DNA of 64,000 bases from a virus. The notes below the pieces were generated by a model. The model saw only the letters and a list, made by a program, of their open reading frames with translations. It made no database searches and was not told the DNA's origin. Positions 17,539 through 27,018 of this stretch are shown here, piece by piece (position 1 is the first letter of the stretch; every line of letters begins with the position of its first letter). Position numbers and translations under genes: made by a program. The stretch spans positions 1-64,000 of the IMG/VR virus record IMGVR_UViG_3300029957_000007. One strand, given 5' to 3'.

Positions 17539-18055
17539 CAAGATAGGCGGTGAGGAGTTCAGCATCAGCATCAATGCATTGCAGTACAAAGGCAATGTGC
17601 TTGAGATGCTGATCTCCTACGATCCAGACGACTACGATTCTCTTCAACGTGAGTTCCTCCTTCAACCAACGCGTTTTGCAAAGTTTGGTATCTTCTTAGC
17701 TAAAGCAAAAGACATGCTGAGTGATACTGAACGGCAATTCAAGAAGTGGAAGCGAAGCAAGCGACGCGTAGCTATTGAACGGTTGCATCGTCGATTCAAA
17801 GAGGATGGCATCAAACGTGGTATCACAAACGACGACATTGATGCCTACATCGAGGAGAAGTTCGCTGATGAACATGAAGAATTCGAGAGAAAGCTTCAGC
17901 GTTGGAGGAAGAATGTCGACATTCTGGAGGTAATCAAAGACTCGTTCAAGCAGAAGAAGGACATGCTAGTTAGCGCTGGTATGCTCTTCAATAAGGCCAT
18001 CGACCTCGGCTTCATTGAGGTCAAGAAGCGCAAACTCATCAATCATTCAAACTAA
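17495..18055 (+). CDS. UvsY-like recombination mediator (helical)
   Basis: Long helices, ITNDDIDAYIEE motif, position directly before SSB and recA; GAGGAGG SD at 17482. Confidence 0.55.
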   Translation: MSKFGNQELIQKLRDKIGGEEFSISINALQYKGNVLEMLISYDPDDYDSLQREFLLQPTRFAKFGIFLAKAKDMLSDTERQFKKWKRSKRRVAIERLHRRFKEDGIKRGITNDDIDAYIEEKFADEHEEFERKLQRWRKNVDILEVIKDSFKQKKDMLVSAGMLFNKAIDLGFIEVKKRKLINHSN

Positions 18056-18064
18056 GAGGTAACC

Positions 18065-19165
18065 GTGGGTAACAAGTGGCAAGACGCAATCGCAAACAGC
18101 GGTGGTGACGATATCCGCCGTTTGAAGGTCAACGCTCCAGCCAAGGGTGAGAAAACGAAGCTCAGGATTCGCATCATCGACAACAACTTCGAAGATGCGT
18201 GGGTTCACTTCTTCCCTGGCTTCAAAGAGAACGGTGAGAAGGGAGTTCGCTTTGCCGTGTGTCATGGCAAGGGCAAGTGCCCTATCTGCGCCAAGTTCGA
18301 GGAGAGCGGAGACGAGGACTTCAAGGCGAAGCGTCAGTTCTACATGAACGTGATCGATCGCAAGGCTGAGAAGCCTCAGGTCATGGTCTACCAATGCGGT
18401 TTCGGTACGTTCAAAGACATCGCTGCTCTCACTGATGAGGATTCCGGTCTCACGGATCCCAGCGAGTTCGATGTGATCATCACTCGTGTCGGTAGCAAGA
18501 AGACCGACACACGCTACACGATCAAGCCGTTCATGAAGGATGGCGTGGTCGTGAAGAAGAAGTTGCCTTCCGACCTGCGTGAACTGATCGCTGCCAAGAC
18601 GGAGGACGGTGGTCCTTATGATCTCTCCAAGTTCGTCGAGAAGGTTTCGATCGACGACATCGAAGAGATGCTGACTGGCAACTTCTCGTCCAAGGCCAAG
18701 GGCAAGAAGAAGGACGATGACGAGGATGACGAAGACGAGAAGCCGAAGAAGAAAGGAAAGAAGTACGCCGCTGATGACGATGAGGACGAGGACGACAAGC
18801 CGAAAAAGAAGAAGAAGTCGTCTGATGACGATGAGGATGATGAGGACGAGGACGAGAAGCCGAAAAAGAAGTCCAAGAAAGACGAAGATGAGGATGACGA
18901 TGAGGACGAGGACGAGAAGCCCAAGAAAAAGGGCAAGAAGAAAGATGATGAGGACGAGGACGAAGATGAGAAGCCTCGGAAAAAGTCGAAGAAGAAGGAT
19001 GATGACGACGAAGACGAGGATGAGGACGAAGATGAGAAGCCCAAGAAAAAGGGCAAGTCCAAGTCTGACGATGACGACGAGGACGAAGATGAAGACGAGG
19101 ATGAGAAGCCTCGCAAGAAGTCGAAGTCCAAGAAGGACGACGACGATGATGAGGATGAAGACTGA
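18065..19165 (+). CDS. gp32-like single-stranded DNA-binding protein with very long D/E/K tail
   Basis: KLRIRII...WVHF...CHGKGKCPIC...KAKRQFYMNVIDR...TDP..FDVIITRVG...TRYTI; ~150-aa acidic/basic tail. Confidence 0.8.
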   Translation: MGNKWQDAIANSGGDDIRRLKVNAPAKGEKTKLRIRIIDNNFEDAWVHFFPGFKENGEKGVRFAVCHGKGKCPICAKFEESGDEDFKAKRQFYMNVIDRKAEKPQVMVYQCGFGTFKDIAALTDEDSGLTDPSEFDVIITRVGSKKTDTRYTIKPFMKDGVVVKKKLPSDLRELIAAKTEDGGPYDLSKFVEKVSIDDIEEMLTGNFSSKAKGKKKDDDEDDEDEKPKKKGKKYAADDDEDEDDKPKKKKKSSDDDEDDEDEDEKPKKKSKKDEDEDDDEDEDEKPKKKGKKKDDEDEDEDEKPRKKSKKKDDDDEDEDEDEDEKPKKKGKSKSDDDDEDEDEDEDEKPRKKSKSKKDDDDDEDED

Positions 19166-19166
19166 T

Positions 19167-19204
19167 CTTGTTCGGCTGAGGTACCCCCACTTCAGCTGAA
19201 CGAG
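19167..19204 (+). terminator. 14-bp hairpin after SSB gene (terminator or processing stem)
   Basis: cttgttcggctgag / ttcagctgaacgag with GU pairs; no T-run. Confidence 0.45.
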
Positions 19205-19205
19205 T

Positions 19206-19382
19206 GCAATGATGAGTCGAAAGACAGGTTGGACAAGCAGAGTTGAGTTGTCGGGACGATGTTGCCATCCGCTCAACTTCTCCTTCTGTCGTGGAAAGGT
19301 CAGGTCAGAGAGAAACTGATCCCGGGAATCGACTACTGGTTACGTGCCATCCTACACAATGGGCCACGCAGATCATCATTGT
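19206..19382 (+). ncRNA. candidate structured ncRNA / cis-regulatory RNA
   Basis: 10-bp closing stem gcaatgatga / tcatcattgt enclosing several nested helices. Confidence 0.45.
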
Positions 19383-19400
19383 TTTCTTTTCGGAGCTACA

Positions 19401-19769
19401 ATGCAGGCTGGATTCAATGAATTCGGAAAGCTCTATATCAAGTTCGCTATGAACTTCGCGATCCCGTTAGCAAAGGGAAGCCAAGACTTCATCTCACCAA
19501 CAGTTGGTGGAATGAAGAACATGGCTGAAAAGTTCATTGGCAAAAAGTTCGTGTTGCATGGTGGTGGACCAGAGATCGGAACGTGCACTGATGTTGAGAA
19601 CCCTGTGTTCGGTCACTACATCTTTGTGGTGACTGTCGACGACAGGTACAAAGACATCGTGCTCAAGATCCTGCAGCTCAATCATCCATCCATCAGTTCA
19701 AAGCTACACGATGCTAAAGGTGAACTGACCTTAGAGCAAAAAGAAGTCTCAGTTACAAAGCCCACCTAG
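19401..19769 (+). CDS. hypothetical protein
   Basis: GGAG SD then ATG 19401. Confidence 0.65.
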   Translation: MQAGFNEFGKLYIKFAMNFAIPLAKGSQDFISPTVGGMKNMAEKFIGKKFVLHGGGPEIGTCTDVENPVFGHYIFVVTVDDRYKDIVLKILQLNHPSISSKLHDAKGELTLEQKEVSVTKPT

Positions 19770-19867
19770 GGCAGTACCGTTTATCCTTACGTATCTGCAA
19801 GGATCGACGAGCCTAGGCCAACCTGTGTGGTTCCGGAAATGCCGTAGGGATCAACTTGAGGCACTAA

Positions 19868-20920
19868 ATGCCCATCGAAAAGACGTCCAAAGAGAAGAAG
19901 CACGCAGAGAAGGTAGATAAGGACTTCGACAAGATCATAGCTGATTTGAACAAGGACTACGGTCAAGGCTCTGTGATGCGATTGAGAGCAGATAAGATCG
20001 CTGAACAGAAAGCTGGTCGTATCGTCATACCAACTGCTTCACTTGAACTTGATCGAGCGACTGGCGTTGGTGGTCTCATGACTGGAACGGTCGTTGAGAT
20101 CTACGGCGGAGAGTCCAGTGGTAAGACCACAACGGTTTTACAAACACTGGCCAATGCACAACGCATTGCAAAGAAGAGAGAACTGGCTTGTGCTTTCATC
20201 GATGCTGAGCAGTCATATGACTTCGAATATGCTGACGCACTTGGTGTCGTTCAAGAAGACTTGTTCTTCTCTCAGCCAGACAACGGTGAACAAGCAATCA
20301 ATATTGCTAGGACGATGATCCGCAGTGGAAAGTTTTTGTTCATTGCCATCGACTCCGTTGCTATGCTGGTGCCAAAGGCTGAACTAGAAAACCCGATGGA
20401 CAAGGAAACAATGGGTGGTCTAGCTCGGTTGATGGGCAAGACAGTGCGTAAGCTAAGACGCATGGCTCGCAAGTACAATGTTTGCTTGGTGTTCATCAAT
20501 CAAACACGCACCAAGTTCAACGTCATGTTTGGAGATCCCGAAGACACGCCTGGTGGTAAGGCACTTCGCTTCGCCGCCGACATGCGCATTCAATTGAAGA
20601 TGATGGGTGCCATCAAGAAGGGCGATGACAAGATCGCGAACAAGACTCAAGCATACTTGAAGAAAAACAAGTGCGCTAAGCCTCACCGCAAAGCATTGTT
20701 TAACATTCACTATGGCAAAGGTGTTGATAAGGTTCTAGACCTTTGGAACTGCCTCGACTCAACTGGCATGGGTGAATGGATCAAGAAGAAGAACAAAGCG
20801 AAAAAGTTTTATGTTGGCGACTATGCCTTCAACGACTACGATGAATTCAAAGATCGCATGGAGATGGATCCAAAGGTCAAGAAGATCTTCATCAAGATGC
20901 TACGTACATCTTGGCAATAG
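19868..20920 (+). CDS. recA: RecA recombinase
   Basis: EIYGGESSGKTT, FIDAE, QPDNGEQA, IAIDSVA, FINQ, TPGGKALRFAA. Confidence 0.97.
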   Translation: MPIEKTSKEKKHAEKVDKDFDKIIADLNKDYGQGSVMRLRADKIAEQKAGRIVIPTASLELDRATGVGGLMTGTVVEIYGGESSGKTTTVLQTLANAQRIAKKRELACAFIDAEQSYDFEYADALGVVQEDLFFSQPDNGEQAINIARTMIRSGKFLFIAIDSVAMLVPKAELENPMDKETMGGLARLMGKTVRKLRRMARKYNVCLVFINQTRTKFNVMFGDPEDTPGGKALRFAADMRIQLKMMGAIKKGDDKIANKTQAYLKKNKCAKPHRKALFNIHYGKGVDKVLDLWNCLDSTGMGEWIKKKNKAKKFYVGDYAFNDYDEFKDRMEMDPKVKKIFIKMLRTSWQ

Positions 20921-20933
20921 GAGAAAGATAACA

Positions 20934-21293
20934 ATGCCCATCGATGATGCATTGATCGCTGACACGGTTCAAAGCTTAAGAGTGCATGGGCTTCATTGTG
21001 TCAAGCCTGATTCGAGACTTGCTTGCTACGTCTCTTGCAAGGTAAGAACACCTCTTGGCTTTGTGTTCCTCAACAGCATAGCACTTGTTCAAGGCGACAA
21101 CGGCTTCTACATCTCGTTCCCTTCGAGAGAGAAGAACAGCGTTGAACAAAAGAAGAAGGATTTTTTCTTCATTGAGTCAGGCTTCAAAGAGATCCTGACC
21201 AAGCTCGCTGTGCAGGCATACAAGGACTATGTTGCCACCATCACAAGTGCAGCATCAGCTCATAACGCAAGACTTGAGCATCAACCACAGTAA
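20934..21293 (+). CDS. SpoVG-like nucleic-acid-binding protein
   Basis: FVFLNSIALVQGDNGFYISFPSRE...KDFFF...AVQAY matches the SpoVG pattern; start ATG 20934. Confidence 0.65.
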   Translation: MPIDDALIADTVQSLRVHGLHCVKPDSRLACYVSCKVRTPLGFVFLNSIALVQGDNGFYISFPSREKNSVEQKKKDFFFIESGFKEILTKLAVQAYKDYVATITSAASAHNARLEHQPQ

Positions 21294-21604
21294 TGCCACG
21301 CTCACCACTCAAACAAGGTGGTGACGAGAACTATGTGATGGAGCAGATGTTGTTGATCTCACAGACAACATCTGCTCCCACATTTTTCGACGTTGCACAG
21401 AAGCTCAATGAGTCAGTAAGACGTAAGGCACTCAACGGTTTAATAAAGAAAGGCTTGGTTGGAAGGATAAATGGAATGGATGAACACGTTGTCTTTGGCA
21501 AAACGCCAGTGACAACAACATTCGAACAATTCTACATCACTGAATATGGCTACAAAATCATAGGAGAAACGCCATGGATCAAAAACAAGATACTCAAGCA
21601 GTAG
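21293..21604 (+). CDS. hypothetical protein, possible winged helix
   Basis: RKALNGLIKKGLV...YITEYG. Confidence 0.55.
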   Translation: MPRSPLKQGGDENYVMEQMLLISQTTSAPTFFDVAQKLNESVRRKALNGLIKKGLVGRINGMDEHVVFGKTPVTTTFEQFYITEYGYKIIGETPWIKNKILKQ

Positions 21605-21981
21605 AGCCGATCGATGCTCCTGCAGAGGCTCAGAAACAAGAGGAACAGAAAGGCATGACGTTGGAGCAATCAACAGCCATCGCTGAGATGATCAAAAGCG
21701 TGATGACTGCTGTGTCCATGCACTTCTTCAATGTCACAAAGGACGAGTTGGTCTTAGCTCGGCAGACGATGGTCGATCGTCGCAGCAAAGCTGAGGCACT
21801 TGGTCCAATGTTCAATCCGCATTCTTGGCAAAGCAAAGTCGAGTTCTTCGATCAAGGGATCAAGAAGCTCGATGCTTTGATCATGCTCTACGAGGCTGAA
21901 GAAGCCTACCAGAAAATGCAGCAGACGAAGATCAAAGAAGAACAAGGGGCTGCTGTGATGCGCTCCATTCTTGGGATCTGA
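21574..21981 (+). CDS. hypothetical protein
   Basis: 135-aa ORF. Confidence 0.7.
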   Translation: MDQKQDTQAVEPIDAPAEAQKQEEQKGMTLEQSTAIAEMIKSVMTAVSMHFFNVTKDELVLARQTMVDRRSKAEALGPMFNPHSWQSKVEFFDQGIKKLDALIMLYEAEEAYQKMQQTKIKEEQGAAVMRSILGI

Positions 21982-21982
21982 C

Positions 21983-22225
21983 ATGTATTATGATAGCTAC
22001 GTCTATCCAAATGGTGACGTAAAAGGATTCACTCAATCACAAATAACCGGTCTCCCGCTTCGCAATGCAAACAGACATCCATCAAATATAACGGATGCTC
22101 TTCTACTGCTGTGTTACACAGATTGGTTTGGCGAAAAATACGCTGGAGAAAAGAATAATCTGTTGTCTTATATCACTACAAAAAATTTTTATAAGAGAAC
22201 AACTGGAAGCTATGAATTTCAATAG
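21983..22225 (+). CDS. hypothetical protein (AT-rich)
   Basis: ATG 21983 right after the upstream stop. Confidence 0.55.
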   Translation: MYYDSYVYPNGDVKGFTQSQITGLPLRNANRHPSNITDALLLLCYTDWFGEKYAGEKNNLLSYITTKNFYKRTTGSYEFQ

Positions 22226-22233
22226 GAGTTCTA

Positions 22234-22431
22234 ATGGCTAGAAGTCTTCGCTTGAATTTGATGATTGCTGCTGGTCTCTTTGGTGATTTAGCCAGAGAAC
22301 AAGAAGAACAACGATTGAAGCTTCAGGAATTTTATCCAAAGGCAGATAAAGACCAGCGTGATGATGAGAATAGAGCTGAAGCAATGAAACACTTGGCAAA
22401 GGGTCACCAGCGAAAATCTAAGAGGCGATGA
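22234..22431 (+). CDS. hypothetical protein
   Basis: AGGAG SD, 65 aa. Confidence 0.6.
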   Translation: MARSLRLNLMIAAGLFGDLAREQEEQRLKLQEFYPKADKDQRDDENRAEAMKHLAKGHQRKSKRR

Positions 22432-22751
22432 TGCGAAACTTGACTCGTGAAGAATTTTTAAAAATGCCAGAAGGTACATTGTTCTGGACATATCATCAAC
22501 TTAGTTTTTCTGAACTGGGAATCAAAGGTAAAACATATACAATGGAAAAAAGCCCTAGAGGACCATTTGAAGATTTTTATTATGTTCCATTAATACCACA
22601 CATGTATAGTGATGGTGAACATCCGGAATTCATTGGTGAATGTGAGATGCAATTTCATGGGTGGACAGATGAAGATACTCTGTTCACTGTCTTTGATTAC
22701 AAAGACTTCAATCACTTCATCGAGCTGCTATCACGTGGAGTCAGTATATGA
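22428..22751 (+). CDS. hypothetical protein
   Basis: 107 aa, overlapping start/stop. Confidence 0.65.
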   Translation: MMRNLTREEFLKMPEGTLFWTYHQLSFSELGIKGKTYTMEKSPRGPFEDFYYVPLIPHMYSDGEHPEFIGECEMQFHGWTDEDTLFTVFDYKDFNHFIELLSRGVSI

Positions 22752-23869
22752 TCTCAGCAGTTGCGACTGGCGACATTCACATTGGCAAGCACAAATATGG
22801 CGTCACCAATCCTAAAAGCGGATTGGACACCTCTGTTGAAAGCGTGTTGAGATGCTTTGACCATTTGGTCTACTACTGCATTCAACACAAAGTGACGTTG
22901 GTCACCATCAACGGCGACTTGAGCAAAGGCAAGACACTGAGCGAAGAAGAGCGAGCTGAGTTCTATCGCCGTGTGAAGAAGCTTAATGACAATGGAATCA
23001 CGGTGGTCATCCTCAAAGGGAACCACGATGGCTCATTTGCCAAGCAGAACTCATTCAATATCCGGAGCTTGAAGGTGTTGAATCTCAAAAACACGCATGT
23101 TGTTGATGAGCCAACACTGATAAAGAAGGACAACTACTACATCATTGCGATGCCGTACATAGAATCGGTTGATGACTGGGTCGAGCAGTACAAAGCAATT
23201 CGCAAGAAAGTTTGGGGCACAAAGAAGAAGATCATTGTCTGTCTCCACGGGAATGTTGAAGGCATCAAGCATCACTACTCAGAATTGTTGGAGTCTGACG
23301 AGCCAAAAGACATTCCACTGTCAATCTTTAAAAACGATGACGGAGTGATCGCTGTCTGTTGTGCTCATCAGCATGAGCATCAAGTTATCCTTGAAAAGCC
23401 TTTCGTGTTTTACTCTGGCTCTTTGGATCGAGTGTCGTTCGCTGAACGAGACCAACCAAAGGGCTTTGTGCATTTCAAGTACTCAGATTCTAAACTCACC
23501 AAGAAGTTCGTTGAAGTCGATGCCAAACGCTTCATTCAGATCGAAGTGAAAGGCAAGGCGATTCCAAAATTGGACTACAAAAACGCCATTGTCAAAGTGG
23601 TCGTTGAATCCAATGGTGAGAAGGTCGATGTGTTTGACGTCGACTATGTTGAGTCGAAACTTCGTGAACTCGGTGCTCAATTCGTCACTGTCTCACGTCG
23701 AACACTTGAGATGGATGGAAAGAAAGTCTTCAACACGATCAAGAGCGCTGGGCTGTCGTTCAAGAAACGAGTTAGCGCTTGGACAGAGCGATTCATTGAA
23801 CCGCGCAGTAGAGACAATGTGAAACGCTTGGGCATTGAGCTCATTGAAGAGGCTCAAGAGGAGAGGTGA
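22748..23869 (+). CDS. sbcD: SbcD/Mre11-like metallophosphoesterase nuclease (gp47-like)
   Basis: GDIH, NGDL, GNHD, LHG, AHQH, YSGSLDRVSFAE..QPKG. Confidence 0.92.
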   Translation: MISAVATGDIHIGKHKYGVTNPKSGLDTSVESVLRCFDHLVYYCIQHKVTLVTINGDLSKGKTLSEEERAEFYRRVKKLNDNGITVVILKGNHDGSFAKQNSFNIRSLKVLNLKNTHVVDEPTLIKKDNYYIIAMPYIESVDDWVEQYKAIRKKVWGTKKKIIVCLHGNVEGIKHHYSELLESDEPKDIPLSIFKNDDGVIAVCCAHQHEHQVILEKPFVFYSGSLDRVSFAERDQPKGFVHFKYSDSKLTKKFVEVDAKRFIQIEVKGKAIPKLDYKNAIVKVVVESNGEKVDVFDVDYVESKLRELGAQFVTVSRRTLEMDGKKVFNTIKSAGLSFKKRVSAWTERFIEPRSRDNVKRLGIELIEEAQEER

Positions 23870-24252
23870 TGCCATACAACAAAACAGACAAGTCTGAATG
23901 GCCTTGCACTTGTGGCAAGGTGTACAAATCTTCCCTTGCCAAAGAGATCTGCGCAGCCAGAAAACATGTCGAGTTGGTTGTATATGTTCCTCCGGTTGAG
24001 ATCGTAGTTGTCAAGAAAAAAGAGAAGGTTCAAAAGAGTATTAAACTGTACGAAAGGACGAGTAACGAAATAGAGAAGATCCTATGCGTTGATTGTGGCA
24101 GGGAATTGTTCAGGACTGGGAGAAAAGGACCACCTCCATCGAGATGTGAAAGCTGTAAGAAAGGTCATGTCAAGCTCCAGCTACTACATCGCAGAAATCA
24201 AGTGGCCTTAGAAAAATTCTCAAACCAAGAGAAACCAGATGGAACTGCTTAG
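23866..24252 (+). CDS. hypothetical Zn-finger protein
   Basis: CTCG...C and CVDCG...CESC. Confidence 0.65.
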   Translation: MMPYNKTDKSEWPCTCGKVYKSSLAKEICAARKHVELVVYVPPVEIVVVKKKEKVQKSIKLYERTSNEIEKILCVDCGRELFRTGRKGPPPSRCESCKKGHVKLQLLHRRNQVALEKFSNQEKPDGTA

Positions 24253-26296
24253 CGCTGTCTATCATAACTATGGCCCACACTCGCATTCAGTGATAGACTT
24301 CACTGAATTCCGTGTTGCTGCTATTCTCGGTAGGAAGAAAAAAGACTACCGCAGATCGAACGGCACCGGCAAGAGCCATATCTTTGATGGTATCAGCTGG
24401 TGCTTCTTTGAGACTCCGCGTGATGAAGAAGAAAAGAACAACGATCTTCTGAAATGGGGAGAGAACAAAGGGTTCGTGAAGATCAAGTTCTTAGAACGTG
24501 GTGAGAAGTACTTGGTCAAACGAACTCTCGTTCGTCGTGGTGAGCGCATTCATAGCGCTCTCTTCTTGAAGCATTGGAAGAATGGCGAATGGCAGAACAT
24601 CAGTGAGACAGGCATTGGTGGCAAAGCTGCAACTCAAAAGAAGATAGAAGACATCATCAAAGCAAACGAAGAAATATTCCTTCACACATGCTACATCAGA
24701 CAAGACGAGATCAGTGCGCTGATGAAGATGCGTCAAGGTGAGAGGCGTGAGGTATTCAGTAGACCTGAAGGCTTGCTGATGTACCAAAAGGCTTTGAAAC
24801 TCGGTAGAAAGCGGATGACCAATGTGAAGACTGAGTTGCAAGTCGCTATCTCAAGGGTGAAAGATCTCAAACTTGAGTTCAAAGAACTGTTTGGTGACTC
24901 AGCCAACATCAAAGATCTGCAGGAAGAACTGCGCTCCAAGCAAGATCGCCGTGATGAGATCAAAGACACCATCACGACTTTGGAGAAAGAAAAAGAGAAG
25001 AACGCACAAAGTGAGAATGCGAAGGAGAAGATGAAGATCCTTCGCAAATCGATCGATGATGCGAAAGCCGCAGTCAGAGCGATTGAAGATCCTAACGCCG
25101 ACATCCTTGAAGGTGGGAAGCGAGCAGAAGAACGCATCGCTGAGATCGATAAAAAGCTGAGGAAGCTTGACAGCGACAAGCTACACGCAGACAAAGTTCA
25201 GCTCACAAGTGCTTTGGATAAGGCGACTGACTCCATCGCCAATTTCAAGCAGTTGATGAGCAAAAGCCAAGGGCGTTTAGACAAGGTCAAGCGTGTTTGC
25301 GACTCATGCGGAAATGAATTGACGGAGGATCAGTTCTTCGAGAAGAAGCGTCAGTTGAAAGCTGATGTACGTTCTTACGACAAACAACTCGAAGATCTAT
25401 ACCAAGACAAAGCGAAGCTGGACGAAGAACTTGAAGGTGTCAACACTGGCCTAGCTCAGGTGAAGACGCTAGACAAAGAGAAGACGAAGTTCAAAGATCA
25501 GCTTGCCAGCTACAATGCGATTTGGAACAAACTCGATCAAGCACGTATCAATCATCGAAAGGTTCGTGATGACAACGAGCCTAAGATCAGAGATCTGGAA
25601 AAGAAGGTTGTCAACACTGATGGCGTTGATGAGCAGATTGCTGATCAAAAGGAACGCTATGATCGCATCACACAGAAAATTGGAACGCTGACAGAGCGAA
25701 TTGCAAATGCGAAAGAAAACGACACGGCGAAGCAGGACAAGCTGAAAGATCTACGCAAAGCCATTCGCTCAAAGCTCAAGATCAAGCGATCATATGTCGA
25801 ACTTGCTAAAGTGCTGGAGATGCTGAAGCTACTTCCGAATGAGATCGTGAAAGAAGCGGTTCCAGAGATTCAGCAGTACAGCAACGAGATCTTGGCTCGC
25901 TTCGATCAGAGTGACATCACACTCGAGATCTTGACAGAAGACGAGAAGGGCAATGAGATCTTCGACTTCCGTGTGACAGTGGATGGAGAGAAGACCGGGT
26001 TCAAATCGATCAGTGGTGGTGAGAAGATGAGAGTGAGTTTCGCATTCCGCATTGGCAATGCTATTCGACTCTCTCATGCTCGTGGATGTCAATTCGATTT
26101 CCTACTCATCGATGAAGTGAATGCACTCGATGACGCTGGAATTGAAGAGTTCACTGACATGATCGACAAATTGAGCACAATGTTCAAGCACATCATCGTG
26201 GTCTCGCATGAAGAGAACATCAAGCAATACTTCACCAACCACTTGGTAGTAACCAAGAAAGGTCGAGATGCCGACGTCCAACTCATCAAAGGCTAA
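24239..26296 (+). CDS. sbcC: SbcC/Rad50-like SMC ATPase (gp46-like)
   Basis: Walker A SNGTGKS, Q-loop, coiled coils, Zn hook CDSCG, signature SGGE, Walker B LLIDE, VVSH. Confidence 0.95.
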   Translation: MELLSAVYHNYGPHSHSVIDFTEFRVAAILGRKKKDYRRSNGTGKSHIFDGISWCFFETPRDEEEKNNDLLKWGENKGFVKIKFLERGEKYLVKRTLVRRGERIHSALFLKHWKNGEWQNISETGIGGKAATQKKIEDIIKANEEIFLHTCYIRQDEISALMKMRQGERREVFSRPEGLLMYQKALKLGRKRMTNVKTELQVAISRVKDLKLEFKELFGDSANIKDLQEELRSKQDRRDEIKDTITTLEKEKEKNAQSENAKEKMKILRKSIDDAKAAVRAIEDPNADILEGGKRAEERIAEIDKKLRKLDSDKLHADKVQLTSALDKATDSIANFKQLMSKSQGRLDKVKRVCDSCGNELTEDQFFEKKRQLKADVRSYDKQLEDLYQDKAKLDEELEGVNTGLAQVKTLDKEKTKFKDQLASYNAIWNKLDQARINHRKVRDDNEPKIRDLEKKVVNTDGVDEQIADQKERYDRITQKIGTLTERIANAKENDTAKQDKLKDLRKAIRSKLKIKRSYVELAKVLEMLKLLPNEIVKEAVPEIQQYSNEILARFDQSDITLEILTEDEKGNEIFDFRVTVDGEKTGFKSISGGEKMRVSFAFRIGNAIRLSHARGCQFDFLLIDEVNALDDAGIEEFTDMIDKLSTMFKHIIVVSHEENIKQYFTNHLVVTKKGRDADVQLIKG

Positions 26297-26414
26297 GTGT
26301 CCATACTGTGACAAGGGTAAAGTGAAGGTGAAGACAAAAGGCATCAAACCATTCACTGAGCCATGTCTCATTTGCCTTGGACCAGAGCCAAAAACCAAAG
26401 AGAAGAAGCGATGA
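26268..26414 (+). CDS. small Zn-finger protein (48 aa, not in ORF track)
   Basis: MPTSNSSKAKCPYCDKG...CLIC; ends in ATGA overlap. Confidence 0.55.
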   Translation: MPTSNSSKAKCPYCDKGKVKVKTKGIKPFTEPCLICLGPEPKTKEKKR

Positions 26415-26605
26415 AGGTCACAACAGTCAAACACCTTTGCGATCGATGCAATGCAGAAATGGGTGAAAACTACTACAGCCAAGTTTCAAGACGCATTGGC
26501 TATTGGTGCATTGGTTGGATGGTGACAAAGGATATATGTCGAAAATGCAGAGACGAATTCGACGACTGGTGGAGAGCCAAAACGCCACCCAAGGCACCAA
26601 CCTGA
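26411..26605 (+). CDS. small Zn-binding protein
   Basis: CDRC...CRKC; ATG 26411. Confidence 0.6.
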   Translation: MKVTTVKHLCDRCNAEMGENYYSQVSRRIGYWCIGWMVTKDICRKCRDEFDDWWRAKTPPKAPT

Positions 26606-26681
26606 TTATCCTAACGGATATGCCAGGAACCATCAAGCACGACCCACCTGTGTGGAACTGGGAACGACGTAGAGGTGTGAT

Positions 26682-26885
26682 TTGAATGACCTGACGCAGT
26701 TTGAATTCGCATTTGAACAGCTTTGCCAACAGCACGGACAACACAAAGTCGTTTTGGTCTGTGAAGATCAAGCTACCAAGTACAAAGCATTGGTCACCAC
26801 ACCGCAATGCGGAAGCCAATGGTTGATCGATGCTGCAACAGAGGTGATCAGCAAAGCGGATGAGCGCAGAAAGAGAGGCTTATGA
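26682..26885 (+). CDS. hypothetical protein
   Basis: GAGGTG SD, TTG start. Confidence 0.55.
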   Translation: MNDLTQFEFAFEQLCQQHGQHKVVLVCEDQATKYKALVTTPQCGSQWLIDAATEVISKADERRKRGL

Positions 26886-27018
26886 TGGTAAACCAGCAAC
26901 GCCGCCGCACGACGCTCAGCGCTTAGATCCGTCCCAGACGCCTGTTAACAGTTAAGGTTTCTGATAAACAGAAGCATAGTAGAAGCAATAAGGCGAGCGA
27001 CACACAATTACACTGGAG

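Noticed and set aside
19208-19228. Hammerhead-like ATGATGAGTCGAAAGAC
   Set aside because: Lacks the CUGAUGA core (AUGAUGA here), the following GAAA-stem III and a matching NUH site
18047-19276. 409-aa and 245-aa minus-strand ORFs over the SSB gene
   Set aside because: Same low-complexity shadow effect
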